Origin: Octopus bimaculoides
Lineage: Eukaryota
Length of the DNA stretch: 52,670 bases
Direction: 5' to 3'
Assembly (NCBI RefSeq): GCF_001194135.2
Contig: NC_068992.1
Coordinates: 1,798,888 to 1,851,557 of the forward strand
Part shown: piece by piece, positions 51,095 through 52,670 of the stretch
Layout of the letters: every line of letters begins with the position of its first letter
Position numbering within the stretch: the first letter of the stretch is position 1
Position numbers and translations under genes: made by a program
Notes under the pieces: generated by a model
Databases searched by the model: none
Told to the model about the DNA's origin: nothing
The model's input: only the letters and a program-made list of their open reading frames with translations

Positions 51095-51560
51095 AGAATG
51101 TAAGGAGAGGCGGAATTAGCTGATAAGATATTCTTTCGATGGATGACTTTGAAAATGGAATCTGTTAAAACAGAAAAGAAGGCGTCCAACAACTATTTCT
51201 TATCTTCTCCAAAATTCATCATGACGAAATTATATCTTGCCACCTGAGATCAAATACAGCTGTTGTTTTTGCAGGAAATGCTGCTGTAGATTTTGCTATA
51301 TTTGTTGAAACGTGGAAGATCTATTTTAGCCATGCAAAATTAAGCAGGAACTTAGATATTCACTGCATATCTAAAGCTGTGTGATAATAATTTCGATAAG
51401 TGTCATCGCACATCTGTCACCAAGTTGCGAACTCTTTCGGTTAAAGGTTGCAGAAGTGAAAAGAAGACTTGAACACTTCATAAGTGAATGACAAATGTCT
51501 GTTGTTCTGTTGTTGCTAAAATGACTGTTCCCTCCACGATTGCTTCAGTTTCGTTATTAC
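51095..51560 (-). mobile_element. RTE-clade RT fragment (domains 1-3)
   Basis: RNYYHTAL.., AFPAKTTAVFDLR..ILEKIRN, FSVLTDSIFKVIHRKNILSAN parallel NYRGITL.., GFR..RST..QI..LRRIIEG.., F.DF.KAFDSIHR.K...IL.AYG. Confidence 0.5.
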
Positions 51561-51642
51561 GACCTTATATCTAGTTACGTGTCAGACAGGTACAACATCG
51601 AAATGTTAGTATTAAGTTTTCCGGAATCGTGGCACACAGTCT

Positions 51643-52005
51643 GTTACGACGACGAAGGTTCCAGTTGATCCATTCAGCGGAACAGCCTGCTCGTGAAATT
51701 AACGTGAAAGTGGCTGAGCACTCCGCAGATACGTATACCCTTATCGTAGTTCTCGGGGATAATCAGCGTGACACAGTGTGACAAGGCTGGCCCTTTGAAA
51801 TACAGGTACAACAGAAACAGGAAGAAAGAGTGAGAGAAAGTTGTGGTGGAAGAGTACAGCAGGGTTCACCACCATCCCCTGCCGGAGCGTCCTAGAGTTT
51901 TAGGTGTTTTCGCTCAATAAACACTCACAACGCCCGGTCTGGCAATCGAAACCGCGATTCTATGACCGCGAGTCCGCTGCCCTAACCACTAGGCCATTGC
52001 GCCTC
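51643..52005 (-). mobile_element. SINE family C2: tRNA head, different body, same 3' tail as C1
   Basis: Minus strand head gaggcgcaatggcctagtggttagggcagcggactcgcggtcatagaatcgcggtttcgattgcc (A and B boxes); tail gtacctgtatttcaaagggccagcc..tcaactggaaccttcgtcgtcgtaac. Confidence 0.92.
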
Positions 52006-52373
52006 TACTTTTCCGGAATTATTACTAGAGATTTTGGTTGTTTTGGTGATGGTGGTAGCGTTGACGTTGTCGCTGTTGTTCCTCCTGCTGCTGCTGCTGC
52101 TGCTATGTTTATATAGCCTCTCGTTATCGTTCTGTCGTTATCGAGTTGCAAGATGTCATGCTGCATCGATATGAACTGTTTCAAGCTTCAGTTTTTTAGC
52201 CCCTTTTTAATAATCCTTTCTGTGCAAAACGAACAGTTGTTTTTTTGTTGAGTCATCAGGTAATGTATGCCAATATCGAACGTCCTCGAACGAGCATTCA
52301 AATTGTTTGTAACTATACCTAAGACTGTTAACATGGTTGCTTTAACGGTGTGTGTATATATATATATATATAC

Positions 52374-52670
52374 ACTATGGAATTCAGCAAACATCATCTC
52401 CCTTTTCTTGATCTCTTAATCATAAAAACACCTAATAACCAAATCACAACCGACATCTACCACAAACCTACAGACTCACAACAATACCTCCTTTTTAGCT
52501 CATGCCACCCAAAACACACCAAGATAAATATCCCCTTTAATTTAGCTAAAAGAATTTGCACCATTGTCTCTGACCCTACCACTCGAGAAACACGCTTACA
52601 AGATCTCAAAAAAACACTGTTACAACGCCAATATCCCTCCACACTCATAGATCTTGGAATAAAACGTGCC
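52374..52670 (+). mobile_element. Penelope-like element RT C-terminal region, open frame running off the window
   Basis: TMEFSKHHLPFLDLLIIKTPNNQITTDIYHKPTDSQQYLLFSSCHPKHTKINIPFNLAKRICTIVSDP..LLQRQYP: the PLE signature LPFLD..TDIYHKPT..YL...S.HP. No stop in 98 codons from 52377. Confidence 0.93.

Noticed and set aside
51275-51385. Plus-strand acceptor and open frame (GNAAVDFAIFVETWK..)
   Set aside because: It is the antisense of the RTE RT fragment.
51930-52005. tRNA-like sequences at SINE heads (also 32930-33004, 41189, 29078)
   Set aside because: They have A/B boxes but no complete cloverleaf and run into SINE bodies, so they are not tRNA genes.

Overview
AT-rich, microsatellite-dense eukaryotic DNA with six assembly gaps. 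No intact host gene, RNA gene or CRISPR array can be supported. The three tRNA-headed SINE families and the repeat landscape look like an octopus genome; that is inferred from my recall of the repeat families, not from a database search. Most interpretable sequence is transposon debris, identified by hand translation and remembered family motifs: a Buster/Charlie hAT relic, five R4/Dong-clade LINE pieces, three RTE relics, a Tx1/L1-clade 3' half, CR1/Jockey-like relics, two Penelope-like fragments, two Tc1/mariner ends and about 17 SINE copies. Many listed ORFs are simple-repeat artefacts, and several others are antisense or relic readings of these elements. The most interesting signals are structural: (1) a twin-priming-like 5' inversion in an R4/Dong element (7.8-8.3 kb); (2) a stack of LINE 3' ends and SINEs in one (AAT)n landing pad (2.2-3.5 kb); (3) a 3' end motif shared by the main SINE family and the Tx1 LINE, suggesting a LINE-SINE partnership; (4) a 56-bp inverted SINE duplication whose arms share private mutations (39.2 kb); (5) two different SINE heads on one shared tail. 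A few isolated splice-bounded segments hint at a host gene but are unproven.
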